Below are positions 41,521-49,949 of a DNA stretch of 64,000 nucleotides, in pieces. The position numbers and the translations under genes are program-made. Origin of the DNA: Elusimicrobiota bacterium (lineage in GTDB: Bacteria > Elusimicrobiota > Elusimicrobia > UBA1565 > JACRDR01); assembly GCA_016194745.1 (NCBI GenBank), contig JACQBA010000013.1, positions 64,822-128,821 on the forward strand, read 5' to 3'. The stretch's first letter is position 1, and each line of letters begins with the position of its first letter. The notes beneath the pieces are model-generated. The model ran no database searches and was not told the DNA's origin. It saw nothing but the letters and a program-made list of their open reading frames with translations.

Positions 41521-42888
41521 TTACCAGCCGTACTGCTTCGACAGCACGCTTTCAAACGTCCTTCGGATTCGCTCGATGTGCTCCTCTTCGATGATCAGCG
41601 GCGGCGAGAACGCCAGCGTGTCTCCGGTCACGCGTGCCATCACGCCCTCCTTCCACGCCTGCACGAACGCCTTCATGCCCGCGGCGCCCGGGGCGCCCAT
41701 CGGGGCGAGCTCGATGCCGCCGATGAGACCGGTGCCGCGCACGTCCGCGACGCCAGGCTTGTGGGCGAAAGAGAACAGCATGTCCTGGAACTTGGGCGCG
41801 ATCTTCCCCGCTCGCTCGAAGAGCCCCTCGTCCTCGTAGATATCCAAGGTCGCGAGCGCCGCGGCGCAGGCGGCCGGGTTGCCGGAGTAGGTGTAGCCAT
41901 GGAAGAACTCGATGCCCTCCGGCGCGGACATGAAGGCGTCGTGGATCTCCTGGCGGACGGCGACGGCTCCCATCGGGACGACGCCGTTGGTGAGGCCCTT
42001 CGCCATGATGATGATGTCCGGCTCGACGCCGAGGCCCGTCGAGGCGAAGGCGCCCTTGCCCGTCCGTCCGAAGCCGGTGATGACCTCGTCGAAGATGAGA
42101 AGGATGCCGTGCTTGCGCGTGATCTCGCGGATGCGCTGCAGGTAGCCCTGCGGCGGGAGATAGACGCCGGCCGAGCCGATGATAGGCTCGATGATCACCG
42201 CGGCGATCGTCCGCGCACCGTGAATCCCGATGATCCGCTCGAGCTCATCGGACGGGAAGGAGTCGTGCGGCGGGAAGTCGCGCACGAACTTCTGCTTGCC
42301 GACCGCGGCCGGAAGGTGGTCGACGCCCGGGAGCAGCGGGAGGAACTGCTGGCGGTTTCGCATGATGCCGCCGACGGAGATGCCGCCGAAATTGACGCCG
42401 TGGTAGCCCTTCTCGCGGCCGACGAGGCGGATGCGCGAGCCCTCGCCCTTCATCTGCTGATAGCCGAGGGCGATCTTGAGGGCGGTCTCGACTCCCTCGG
42501 AGCCCGAGTTCGCGAAGAACACGCGATTGAATCCCTTCGGCATGAGCTTGGAGAGCCGCTCGGCCAGCTTGAACGGGCCGGGATGGCCCATCTGGAACGT
42601 GGGCGCGAAGTCGAGGTGCAGCAGCGCGGCGTGGACCGCGTCCGCGATCTCTTTTCGCCCGTGTCCGGCGTTCACGCACCACAAGCCCGCCGCCGCGTCG
42701 AGGACGTCCTCGCCGTGTTCGTTCGTGAGGAACATGCCGTGAGCGGCGGTGACGATGCGCGGCTCCGCTTTGAAGGAGCGATTGGCGGTGAACGGCATCC
42801 AGAAATGCTCGAGATTGAGGCGGCCGTTCGTCTTCTTGGCGCCGGTCCGGCCGGTCTTGGACTTCGCTGCGGTTTTCATGGACCTCAC
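41521..42888 (-). CDS. class-III (omega) aminotransferase, aspartate aminotransferase family
   Basis: 455 aa. PLP-lysine region is IIIMAKGLTNG. Other class-III hallmarks are GSEGVETALKIA and IIEPIIGSAGV. Its stop overlaps the anmK start (ATGA). Confidence 0.85.
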   Translation of the reverse strand: MRSMKTAAKSKTGRTGAKKTNGRLNLEHFWMPFTANRSFKAEPRIVTAAHGMFLTNEHGEDVLDAAAGLWCVNAGHGRKEIADAVHAALLHLDFAPTFQMGHPGPFKLAERLSKLMPKGFNRVFFANSGSEGVETALKIALGYQQMKGEGSRIRLVGREKGYHGVNFGGISVGGIMRNRQQFLPLLPGVDHLPAAVGKQKFVRDFPPHDSFPSDELERIIGIHGARTIAAVIIEPIIGSAGVYLPPQGYLQRIREITRKHGILLIFDEVITGFGRTGKGAFASTGLGVEPDIIIMAKGLTNGVVPMGAVAVRQEIHDAFMSAPEGIEFFHGYTYSGNPAACAAALATLDIYEDEGLFERAGKIAPKFQDMLFSFAHKPGVADVRGTGLIGGIELAPMGAPGAAGMKAFVQAWKEGVMARVTGDTLAFSPPLIIEEEHIERIRRTFESVLSKQYGW

Positions 42889-44006
42889 CCTGCAGGGGAG
42901 ATTTTACCTAATATTCGGGCTCCCGCGGCGCCCGTCGCCGACGGAGAATGATTGGGCCGGCCGCGCACGGCGCGCAGCGCCATCAGCGCGAAGGCCGCGG
43001 GCTCCTTGGCCAGCGGGTGGATGCCGAAGTCCGCGATGGAGCGCACGCGCACGGGAGCGAGCAGCCTCGCCAGAAAATCCATGAGGACCGGATTGAGCGC
43101 GCCGCCGCCGCTGATCACGGCCTCCCGGATCCGGACTCTCGGCAGGACGAAGCGCTTGTAGGCGTCGGCGATCGTGAGCGCGGTGAAGTACGTGAGCGTG
43201 GCGACCGCGTCCTCCGGACGCGAGGCGAGCGCGCGGCCGAAGCGGCGGGACAGGAACTCCTCCGCGAACGATCCCCGGTCGAGCGACTTTGGCGGCCGCT
43301 TCTTGAAGTACGCGCCGGACAAGAGCCGCGCCGCCGCCGCCGCGTCGACCGCGCCGCGGCGAGCCATGGCGCCGTCCTTGTCGTAGCCGCGCCTGCCGCG
43401 GGTGATGCGGCTGATGGCCGCATCGATGAGGCAGTTGCCGGGCCCGGTGTCGAAGCCCAAGGGCGGCGCGCCGCGTCCCGCCAGCGCCACGTTCCCGATC
43501 CCGCCGATGTTCTGTAGGGCGCGCGCCGGCCCTTTTCCGAACAGGAACTCGTCGAGGAAGGGGATGAGCGGAGCGCCTTGGCCCCCCGCCGCCATATCGC
43601 GGGGCCGGAAGTCCGAGACGACCGGGACGCGCAGGCGCTCTGCCAGGAACGAGGGCTCGCCGATCTGGAGCGTCGAGGGCTCCGCGTCGTCGGGAAGATG
43701 CACCACGGTCTGGCCATGCGAGCCGACCGCCGTCAACGTTGACGGAGAGACGCCCTCCGCCCGAAGGAACTCGGCGGCGCGGCGCGCGAAGACGCGGCCC
43801 AGATCGAAGTTGAGCCGGCACAACTCGGGCGACGCCGCGTTGCCCGCCGCGAGGATGCGCCGCCTCAGCTCGGCGGGATACGCGTAGGTGCGGTGCGCCA
43901 AGACGTCGAGATCGCGCGCGCCCGCGCGGATGAGGGCGAGACTGACGCCGTCCGCCGACGTCCCGGACATGAGCCCCAGCGCGAGCTCGCCCGCGTTCCT
44001 AGGCAC
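42885..44006 (-). CDS. anmK: anhydro-N-acetylmuramic acid kinase
   Basis: N-terminus LALGLMSGTSADGVSLALI, HGQTVVH and GGQGAPL are characteristic of AnmK. Confidence 0.9.
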   Translation of the reverse strand: MPRNAGELALGLMSGTSADGVSLALIRAGARDLDVLAHRTYAYPAELRRRILAAGNAASPELCRLNFDLGRVFARRAAEFLRAEGVSPSTLTAVGSHGQTVVHLPDDAEPSTLQIGEPSFLAERLRVPVVSDFRPRDMAAGGQGAPLIPFLDEFLFGKGPARALQNIGGIGNVALAGRGAPPLGFDTGPGNCLIDAAISRITRGRRGYDKDGAMARRGAVDAAAAARLLSGAYFKKRPPKSLDRGSFAEEFLSRRFGRALASRPEDAVATLTYFTALTIADAYKRFVLPRVRIREAVISGGGALNPVLMDFLARLLAPVRVRSIADFGIHPLAKEPAAFALMALRAVRGRPNHSPSATGAAGARILGKISPAG

Positions 44007-44928
44007 GCAGCTTTTCTAGAGCCGTACGAAGGATGCCGCCCGCATCCTCGAGCCGGCGCCCGGCCTCGACGACGCGCTCGCGCAGCGTGCCGGACTTGAG
44101 CCGCGCCGCGAGCACGGACACCTTGACGCTGCCGCCGGAGGCCTTGAACAGCGCCTCCGCGACCTTCGGCTCCACCTTGCCCAAGTCGCAGACGATCCGC
44201 ACGCCGCGCAGGCGGAGCTTGCGGGAGGTGGGCTTCAAGTCGACCATCCAATGGTCGTAGACCTTGCCCACGCGGATCATCGTGGCCGTCGTCAGCATGT
44301 TCAAGACGAGCTTGGCCGCGGTGCCGGACTTCAGCCGCGTCGAGCCGGAGATCACCTCGGGCCCGGTGTTCGGGGAGATGACGACCTGCGCCTCCGGGAT
44401 CGTATGGCGCCGGTTCGAGGTGACGAGAATCGTCCCGCAGCCCAAGCGCCGTCCTTCCTGCAGAGCCCCGCGCACGAACGGCGTGACGCCCGAAGCCGCG
44501 ATGCCGACGATGGCGTCGCCGCGGCGGGCCCGCGTGCGGACCTGACGCGCGCCGTCTTTGGGATCGTCCTCCGCCCCTTCCTTGGAGCTGAACACCGAGA
44601 TGCACCCGCCCGCCATGACTCCGCGGATCAGGCTCGGCGGCGTGCCGAAGGTAGGCGGGCATTCCGCCGCCTCGAGCACGCCGAGGCGTCCGCTGGTGCC
44701 CGCTCCGACGAAGACGATGCGCCCGCCTCCCTTCAGGGTCTTGGCGAGCAGATCGACGCCCCGCGCGATGCGCGCGGCTTCTCGACCGACGGCCACCGCG
44801 ACGCGGCGGTCCTCTCCGTTGATGGTGCGCACGACTTGTAGCGTCGACTTGAGATCGATGTCGCGCGTGCGCGGATTAGGCTGTTCCGTCGGAAGGAGGC
44901 GATAGAGTCCGGCGCGGGGAAGGCTCAC
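43999..44928 (-). CDS. murQ: N-acetylmuramic acid 6-phosphate etherase
   Basis: LPTEQPNPRTRDID N-terminal signature. SIS domain has FVGAGTSGRLG. 309 aa. Confidence 0.9.
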   Translation of the reverse strand: MSLPRAGLYRLLPTEQPNPRTRDIDLKSTLQVVRTINGEDRRVAVAVGREAARIARGVDLLAKTLKGGGRIVFVGAGTSGRLGVLEAAECPPTFGTPPSLIRGVMAGGCISVFSSKEGAEDDPKDGARQVRTRARRGDAIVGIAASGVTPFVRGALQEGRRLGCGTILVTSNRRHTIPEAQVVISPNTGPEVISGSTRLKSGTAAKLVLNMLTTATMIRVGKVYDHWMVDLKPTSRKLRLRGVRIVCDLGKVEPKVAEALFKASGGSVKVSVLAARLKSGTLRERVVEAGRRLEDAGGILRTALEKLRA

Positions 44929-44932
44929 CGTT

Positions 44933-45865
44933 TCAGCGGATCGTCTGTCCGTCGTCCTGCGGCTTGGTGCCGAGTTCCTGGTCCGTCGGAAGCCCGTTGC
45001 CCGGGTTCGGCGAGAGCGGATCGGGCATCTGCATCGCTTTCTGGGGATTCTTCATCCACTCGACGATTCGCCCGGGAATATCGGGGTTGACGTTCAAGAT
45101 CTTCGTCCCGTGCTCGCGATCGACGGGCCACATGCCGGCGTTGTCCGGCCCCGCGGCCATGCGCGCGAATTGATACAGGATTCCGGTCTCGGTCATCGAC
45201 TTCTTGTCGTCCCCGGCGACCACCATCAGGATCGGCCTCTTGCCGTAGGCGCGCACGGCGTTGACCGTCAGCACCTCGCGGTAGTTGAAGCTAGGAGAGA
45301 GCATGAGGAGCGAGGGCGCTTCCTTATGGATGGCGGCGTAGCGCAGGGCGATGCTCGAGCCGACGTCGGCGCCGCCCAGCGAGACCTGGGTCTCCTTGAC
45401 GCCCGCCTGGTTGAGGTAGGCCACCGCCGCCTCGACGTCGTGGACCATGTTGTTCCACTCGTTGTACTCCTTATCGATGCGGAACTTGGGCCAGCGGCCG
45501 TCCACGCCCGGGGGAGGATTCTGACTGCCGCCGTGGCCGCGGAGATCGATCGCGAGATAGCCGATGCCTTCCTTGACCATCACCGACGCGAGCGAGTGCC
45601 AGTTCTCCTTGCGGCCTCCGGTCTCATGAAGGAGGATGAACACCGGGTTCCAGGTCTCCTTTGGGGCCAAGTAGACGCCCGCGAGAGTCCATCCGTCCGC
45701 CGTCTTGAGTTCGACCGGCTCGCCGGCGAGCTTGCGCACGACCTTCTTGGCCGCGGGCTTCGGCGCCGCCTTGGGCTTGTCGGCGACCGTCTTGCGCTCT
45801 CCCGCCGCGATCGCGAGGACGGGAAGCAGCAGGGACAGGGCCGCCGGAAGCCAGCTCTTTCTCAT
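44933..45865 (-). CDS. secreted alpha/beta-fold hydrolase (dienelactone hydrolase / S9-like)
   Basis: Signal peptide, ILLHETGG, HGGS and GGADVGSSIAL segments. It overlaps ndk by ATGA. Confidence 0.65.
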   Translation of the reverse strand: MRKSWLPAALSLLLPVLAIAAGERKTVADKPKAAPKPAAKKVVRKLAGEPVELKTADGWTLAGVYLAPKETWNPVFILLHETGGRKENWHSLASVMVKEGIGYLAIDLRGHGGSQNPPPGVDGRWPKFRIDKEYNEWNNMVHDVEAAVAYLNQAGVKETQVSLGGADVGSSIALRYAAIHKEAPSLLMLSPSFNYREVLTVNAVRAYGKRPILMVVAGDDKKSMTETGILYQFARMAAGPDNAGMWPVDREHGTKILNVNPDIPGRIVEWMKNPQKAMQMPDPLSPNPGNGLPTDQELGTKPQDDGQTIR

Positions 45866-46380
45866 TTTGCCCAGGCCTTGGCGCCGGCGGACTTGCCGTT
45901 AGACGCCGAGGTCGTAGGATAAATGGGCTGCAGGATCTCGTCCGGCGTGAACCACAGCTTGATCTCCCGCTCCGCGTCGCCGACGTTGCCGGAGGCGTGG
46001 ATCACGTTCTCGAACTGTCCCTTGGTGGTCACGCGGCCGAAAGAGCCCCGGATCGTGTTCGGCGCCGCGTCCTCGGGATTGGTGGCTCCGGCGACCTTGC
46101 GGGTCAAGGCCACCGCGCCCTCGCCCTCGTAAACGAGCGCGAGCACCTGGTTGTGCTTCAGATCGTGGAACTTGCCGCGGATGTACTCGATCAGATTCGG
46201 GAAGAACGGCTTGTCCTTGAGGTCGCGATAGTGCTCCCGCGCGAGTTCCTCGCTCACCTTGACCATCCGCGTCGCCACCAGCTGCAGGCCGGCGGATTCC
46301 AGGCGATCCAGGACGAGCCCCGTGAGCCCGCGCCTCATCCCGTCCGGCTTGATCAATACCAAAGTCTGCTCGATTGCCAT
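45862..46380 (-). CDS. ndk: nucleoside diphosphate kinase with ~25-aa C-terminal extension
   Basis: I chose the start at MAIEQTLVLIKPDG (ATG 46378-46380). NIIHGSD-like active site is NVIHASGNVGDAERE. It is 172 aa against a typical ~140. Confidence 0.9.
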   Translation of the reverse strand: MAIEQTLVLIKPDGMRRGLTGLVLDRLESAGLQLVATRMVKVSEELAREHYRDLKDKPFFPNLIEYIRGKFHDLKHNQVLALVYEGEGAVALTRKVAGATNPEDAAPNTIRGSFGRVTTKGQFENVIHASGNVGDAEREIKLWFTPDEILQPIYPTTSASNGKSAGAKAWAK

Positions 46381-46641
46381 ATGCGTGCTCCCCGTTCGTG
46401 GAGATGAAGCGGCCCCGTGCGGCATCGGCGCGTCGCCCGAATAGGGCCTGCTCGAGCGCACATTCTACGAAAATCGGCGTCCGCCGCACAATGGCGGCCC
46501 TCCGAGCAGCGACGACGAAAAATAGTCTGAGTCGTTGGTCCGTGGCCCCTTCGGGACTTTGGACTCAGGCGAGAGCCGTGCGGGACCGGTACCCTTCAGG
46601 CACGGATCGCTCGGGGAGGGAGAGCGGGGAGATTCCCAACG

Positions 46642-47118
46642 ATGAGAGCGAGGGTCGCGATGTCGTGCGTTGCCTTTTTCTGCCGGGCCGCGGCGGCGCA
46701 AACGCCGGATCTGATGCACACCGAAGCCGCCGCCGCGACGGCCATCCATGCCGCGAGCAGCCAGATCGAGTCGCGCACGCTCGCCGATTGCTCGAGCACG
46801 AGCAGATCGAGTCACGGACCCCATACCGTCACGACCCTCCGCAAGGTCGTCGTGAAGCTCGAAGGCTCGCGGATCACGGCGATAGCGACGTCCGAATCGC
46901 GCCAGCCCGGCCATCCGCCCAGGCCGCTGACGTCCACCTTCAACCTGAGGCCCCTGGAGCGCTCCTTTCCGGAGCAACTCGACTACGTCGACGTGGAGAC
47001 CGAGGGCCGAAAGTTCACGATCAAGGTCTTTCTCCCTCCAGGAGCGAAGACCGCCACCCTCGACATCGTCCAAGAGGGGCAGGAGGACTCCGAGACCTGG
47101 CCGCTCACCTGCAGGTAG
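46642..47118 (+). CDS. small secreted hypothetical protein
   Basis: 158 aa with signal-like N-terminus MRARVAMSCVAFFCRAAAAQ. It is followed by a strong terminator. The coding signal is modest. Confidence 0.4.
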   Translation: MRARVAMSCVAFFCRAAAAQTPDLMHTEAAAATAIHAASSQIESRTLADCSSTSRSSHGPHTVTTLRKVVVKLEGSRITAIATSESRQPGHPPRPLTSTFNLRPLERSFPEQLDYVDVETEGRKFTIKVFLPPGAKTATLDIVQEGQEDSETWPLTCR

Positions 47119-47131
47119 TCCCTCCTCGCTC

Positions 47132-47176
47132 GACGGCGCCGCGGCGAGACGTCTTCGCCGCGGCGCCGTTTATTGA
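47132..47176 (+). terminator. rho-independent terminator (18-bp GC stem plus UUUAUU)
   Basis: ACGGCGCCGCGGCGAGAC / GTCTTCGCCGCGGCGCCGT near-perfect inverted repeat, followed by TTTATTG. Confidence 0.65.
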
Positions 47177-47204
47177 TCTGGATCAAGTCGACACCCAAGG
47201 GCTT

Positions 47205-47232
47205 TTGCTACAATAAGAAATTAGGTTATGAT
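47205..47232 (+). promoter_or_regulatory. sigma70-like promoter of pckG (TTGCTA-N16-TATGAT) with upstream palindrome TTGATCtgGATCAA
   Basis: -35 at 47205-47210 and -10 at 47227-47232. The palindrome at 47173-47186 is a candidate operator. Confidence 0.5.
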
Positions 47233-47257
47233 CACTTGCTCTTACCCCGGAGATACC

Positions 47258-49090
47258 ATGACCGACAACAAGAAACTCAAGACCTGGGTCGACGAGTGCG
47301 CCCGCCTGTGCAAGCCGGATAAGATCGTCTGGGTGGACGGCTCGGAAGCCGAGCGCAAGGTCCTCGAAGAGGAAGCCGTGAGCCGCGGGCGGCTGATCCG
47401 CCTCGACCAGGAGCGCCTCCCGGGCAGCCTGTATTTCCGGACCGACCCCAACGACGTCGCCCGCACCGAGCACCTCACCTTCATCTGCACGAAAAAGAAG
47501 GACGACGCGGGCCCCAACAACAACTGGATGTCGCCTCCGGACGGCTACCGCAAGGCCGGCGACATCTTCCAAGGCTCCATGAAGGGCCGGACGATGTACG
47601 TCATCCCGTTCAGCATGGGCCCCATCGGCTCCCCGTTCGCCAAGATCGGCGTGCAGCTGACCGACTCGATCTACGTCGTCTTGAACATGCGCATCATGAC
47701 GCGCATCGGCTCCGGCGTGCTCAAGGCGCTCGGCAAGGATGGCGACTTCACGAAGTGCCTCCACGGCAAGGCGGACCTGAACGTCAACCGCCGGCTCATC
47801 CTCCATTTCCCCGAAGACAACACGATCTGGAGCGTGGGCTCGGGCTACGGCGGCAACGCGCTCTTGGGTAAGAAGTGCCTGTCGCTGCGCATCGCGAGCT
47901 GGCTCGCCAACCAGGAAGGCTGGCTGGCGGAGCACATGCTCATCCTCGGCATCGAGGACCCCAAGGGCCACGTCGAGTACGTCACGGCGGCCTTCCCGAG
48001 CGCCTGCGGCAAGACGAACCTCGCGATGCTGATCCCGCCCGACGCCCTCAAGAAGAAGGGCTACAAGTATTGGACCGTCGGCGACGACATCGCGTGGCTC
48101 CGGATCGGCCCCGACGGACGACTCTGGGCCTGCAACCCCGAGAACGGCTTCTTCGGCGTCGCGCCCGGCACGAACTCCAAGTCCAACCCGAACGCGGTCA
48201 AGACGGTGCAGCGCAGCACGATTTTCACGAACGTCCTGCTCAAGGACGACAACACTGTCTGGTGGGAAGGGGCGGACGGCGAGCCGCCGAAGTCCGGCAT
48301 CGACTGGCAGGGCAAGCCGTGGACGCCCGGTCAAAAGGACGCCAACGGCAAGCCGCTCCTCGGCGCGCACCCGAACAGCCGCTTCACGGCGCCGGCCAAG
48401 AATTGCCCGTGCATCTCCCCGAACTGGGAGGACCCGCAGGGCGTCCCGATCTCCGCGATCGTCTTCGGCGGCCGACGCGCGCGCCTGGCGCCGCTCGTCT
48501 ACCAATCGCTCAATTGGAGCCACGGCGTGTACGTCGGCGCGACCATGGCCTCCGAGCGCACCGCGGCGGCGGTCGGCACGGTCGGCGAGGTCCGCCGCGA
48601 CCCGATGGCCATGCTGCCCTTCTGCGGCTACAACATGGCGGACTATTTCGCCCATTGGCTCGACATGGGCCGCAAGATCCCGAAGCCGCCGAAGATATTC
48701 CACGTCAACTGGTTCCGCACGGACGAGCACGGCAAGTTCATGTGGCCCGGCTACGGGGAGAACGCCCGGGTGCTCGAGTGGATCCTCGCGCGCAGCCGCG
48801 GCGACGGGAAGGCGGTGGAGACCCCGATCGGCAGCATCCCGACTCCCGACGCGCTCGACATGAACGGCCTCGATCTCCCGAAGTCGACCGTGGATCGCCT
48901 GCTCCACATCGACAACGAGGAGTGGCTCGAGGAGCTCGAGCAGCACAAGCTCTTCTTCGAATCGTTCGGCCCGCGGCTCCCGAAGGAGATGTGGAACCAG
49001 TACTACGGCCTTGGCAAGCGGCTCACGGAAACGGCGGTCCTGGCCGGCGTGGAGTCTCCGGCCTCCGCGAGTTCCGCGGTCCACTCATAG
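47258..49090 (+). CDS. pckG: phosphoenolpyruvate carboxykinase (GTP)
   Basis: Start is at MTDNKKLKTW. Kinase-1a motif is FPSACGKTNLAML. Full-length similarity to GTP-PEPCK includes WMSPPDGY and FGGRRA. Confidence 0.95.
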   Translation: MTDNKKLKTWVDECARLCKPDKIVWVDGSEAERKVLEEEAVSRGRLIRLDQERLPGSLYFRTDPNDVARTEHLTFICTKKKDDAGPNNNWMSPPDGYRKAGDIFQGSMKGRTMYVIPFSMGPIGSPFAKIGVQLTDSIYVVLNMRIMTRIGSGVLKALGKDGDFTKCLHGKADLNVNRRLILHFPEDNTIWSVGSGYGGNALLGKKCLSLRIASWLANQEGWLAEHMLILGIEDPKGHVEYVTAAFPSACGKTNLAMLIPPDALKKKGYKYWTVGDDIAWLRIGPDGRLWACNPENGFFGVAPGTNSKSNPNAVKTVQRSTIFTNVLLKDDNTVWWEGADGEPPKSGIDWQGKPWTPGQKDANGKPLLGAHPNSRFTAPAKNCPCISPNWEDPQGVPISAIVFGGRRARLAPLVYQSLNWSHGVYVGATMASERTAAAVGTVGEVRRDPMAMLPFCGYNMADYFAHWLDMGRKIPKPPKIFHVNWFRTDEHGKFMWPGYGENARVLEWILARSRGDGKAVETPIGSIPTPDALDMNGLDLPKSTVDRLLHIDNEEWLEELEQHKLFFESFGPRLPKEMWNQYYGLGKRLTETAVLAGVESPASASSAVHS

Positions 49091-49140
49091 GAGCCGCTCC
49101 TAGACTGGGAATGCCCTATTTAGTAGATTAGCCCACGCTC

Positions 49141-49539
49141 ATGGCCAAGATCCTCATCGCGGACGACGAACGCGACGTCGTGACCCTCATCCGCTTCATC
49201 CTGGAGCGGGAGGGGCACGTAATCGACGAGGCCTACAACGGGCTCGAGGTCCTCCAGAAGCTCGGCCTGGAGCCGCAGCAACCCGTCTCTCTGCCGGACC
49301 TCATCATCATGGACGTCATGATGCCGATGATGGACGGCTACACCGCCGCCACGAAGATGCGCGAGCACGCGGAGACGCGTTCGATCCCGCTCCTCATCCT
49401 GACCGCCAAGGGGCAGATGCGCGACGTCTTCCAACTCAGCCACAACATCTCGGCCTACATCGAGAAACCCTTCGACCCGAAGGCCCTGCGCGACTTGATC
49501 TCCGGGATCCTCAGCGGCGCGAAGAAGGCGGGGGCGTAG
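49141..49539 (+). CDS. single-domain response regulator (CheY-like receiver)
   Basis: KILIADDERDV, DLIIMDVMMPMMDG, LTAKG and the conserved K are present. Confidence 0.85.
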   Translation: MAKILIADDERDVVTLIRFILEREGHVIDEAYNGLEVLQKLGLEPQQPVSLPDLIIMDVMMPMMDGYTAATKMREHAETRSIPLLILTAKGQMRDVFQLSHNISAYIEKPFDPKALRDLISGILSGAKKAGA

Positions 49540-49938
49540 GTGGCCACGATCCTCGTCGTCGACGACGAACCCGAGATCGTCACGCTCCTGCGCTTCGTCC
49601 TCGAGCGCGACGGGCACAAGATCCTCGAGGCCGGCAACGGACAGGTCGCCTTGGAGCGCCTCGGCGTGGAGCCCCCCACCTTGGACAGCGGGCTTCCCGA
49701 CCTCATCGTGCTCGACATCATGATGCCGGTGATGGACGGGTACGAGCTCAACAACCGCCTGCAGAAGGAGAACCGCACGAAGGCGATCCCGATCCTGGTC
49801 CTCACCGCGAAGGGCCAGAAGATGCGCGACCTTTTCGAGATGGCGCCGAACGTGGCCGCCTACGTGCAGAAGCCGTTCGATCCCAAGATGCTGCGCGAGC
49901 TCATCACGGGGATCCTGACGAGCAAGAAGCCGGCGTAA
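49540..49938 (+). CDS. single-domain response regulator (CheY-like receiver), tandem paralogue
   Basis: GTG start lies immediately after the upstream stop. TILVVDDEPEI, DLIVLDIMMPVMDG and LTAKG are present. About 60 % identical to the preceding gene. Confidence 0.85.
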   Translation: MATILVVDDEPEIVTLLRFVLERDGHKILEAGNGQVALERLGVEPPTLDSGLPDLIVLDIMMPVMDGYELNNRLQKENRTKAIPILVLTAKGQKMRDLFEMAPNVAAYVQKPFDPKMLRELITGILTSKKPA

Positions 49939-49949
49939 TTCGACCGCCC

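Noticed and set aside
47228-47257. Upstream ATG (MITCSYPGDT...) as the pckG start
   Set aside because: That ATG lies inside the predicted -10 hexamer (TATGAT at 47227-47232). The MTDNKK start at 47258 matches PEPCK N-termini and lies downstream of the promoter.
47183-49084. 633-aa minus-strand ORF and 418-aa plus-strand out-of-frame ORF over pckG
   Set aside because: The pckG frame carries the full GTP-PEPCK signature. The others are alternative-frame artefacts.
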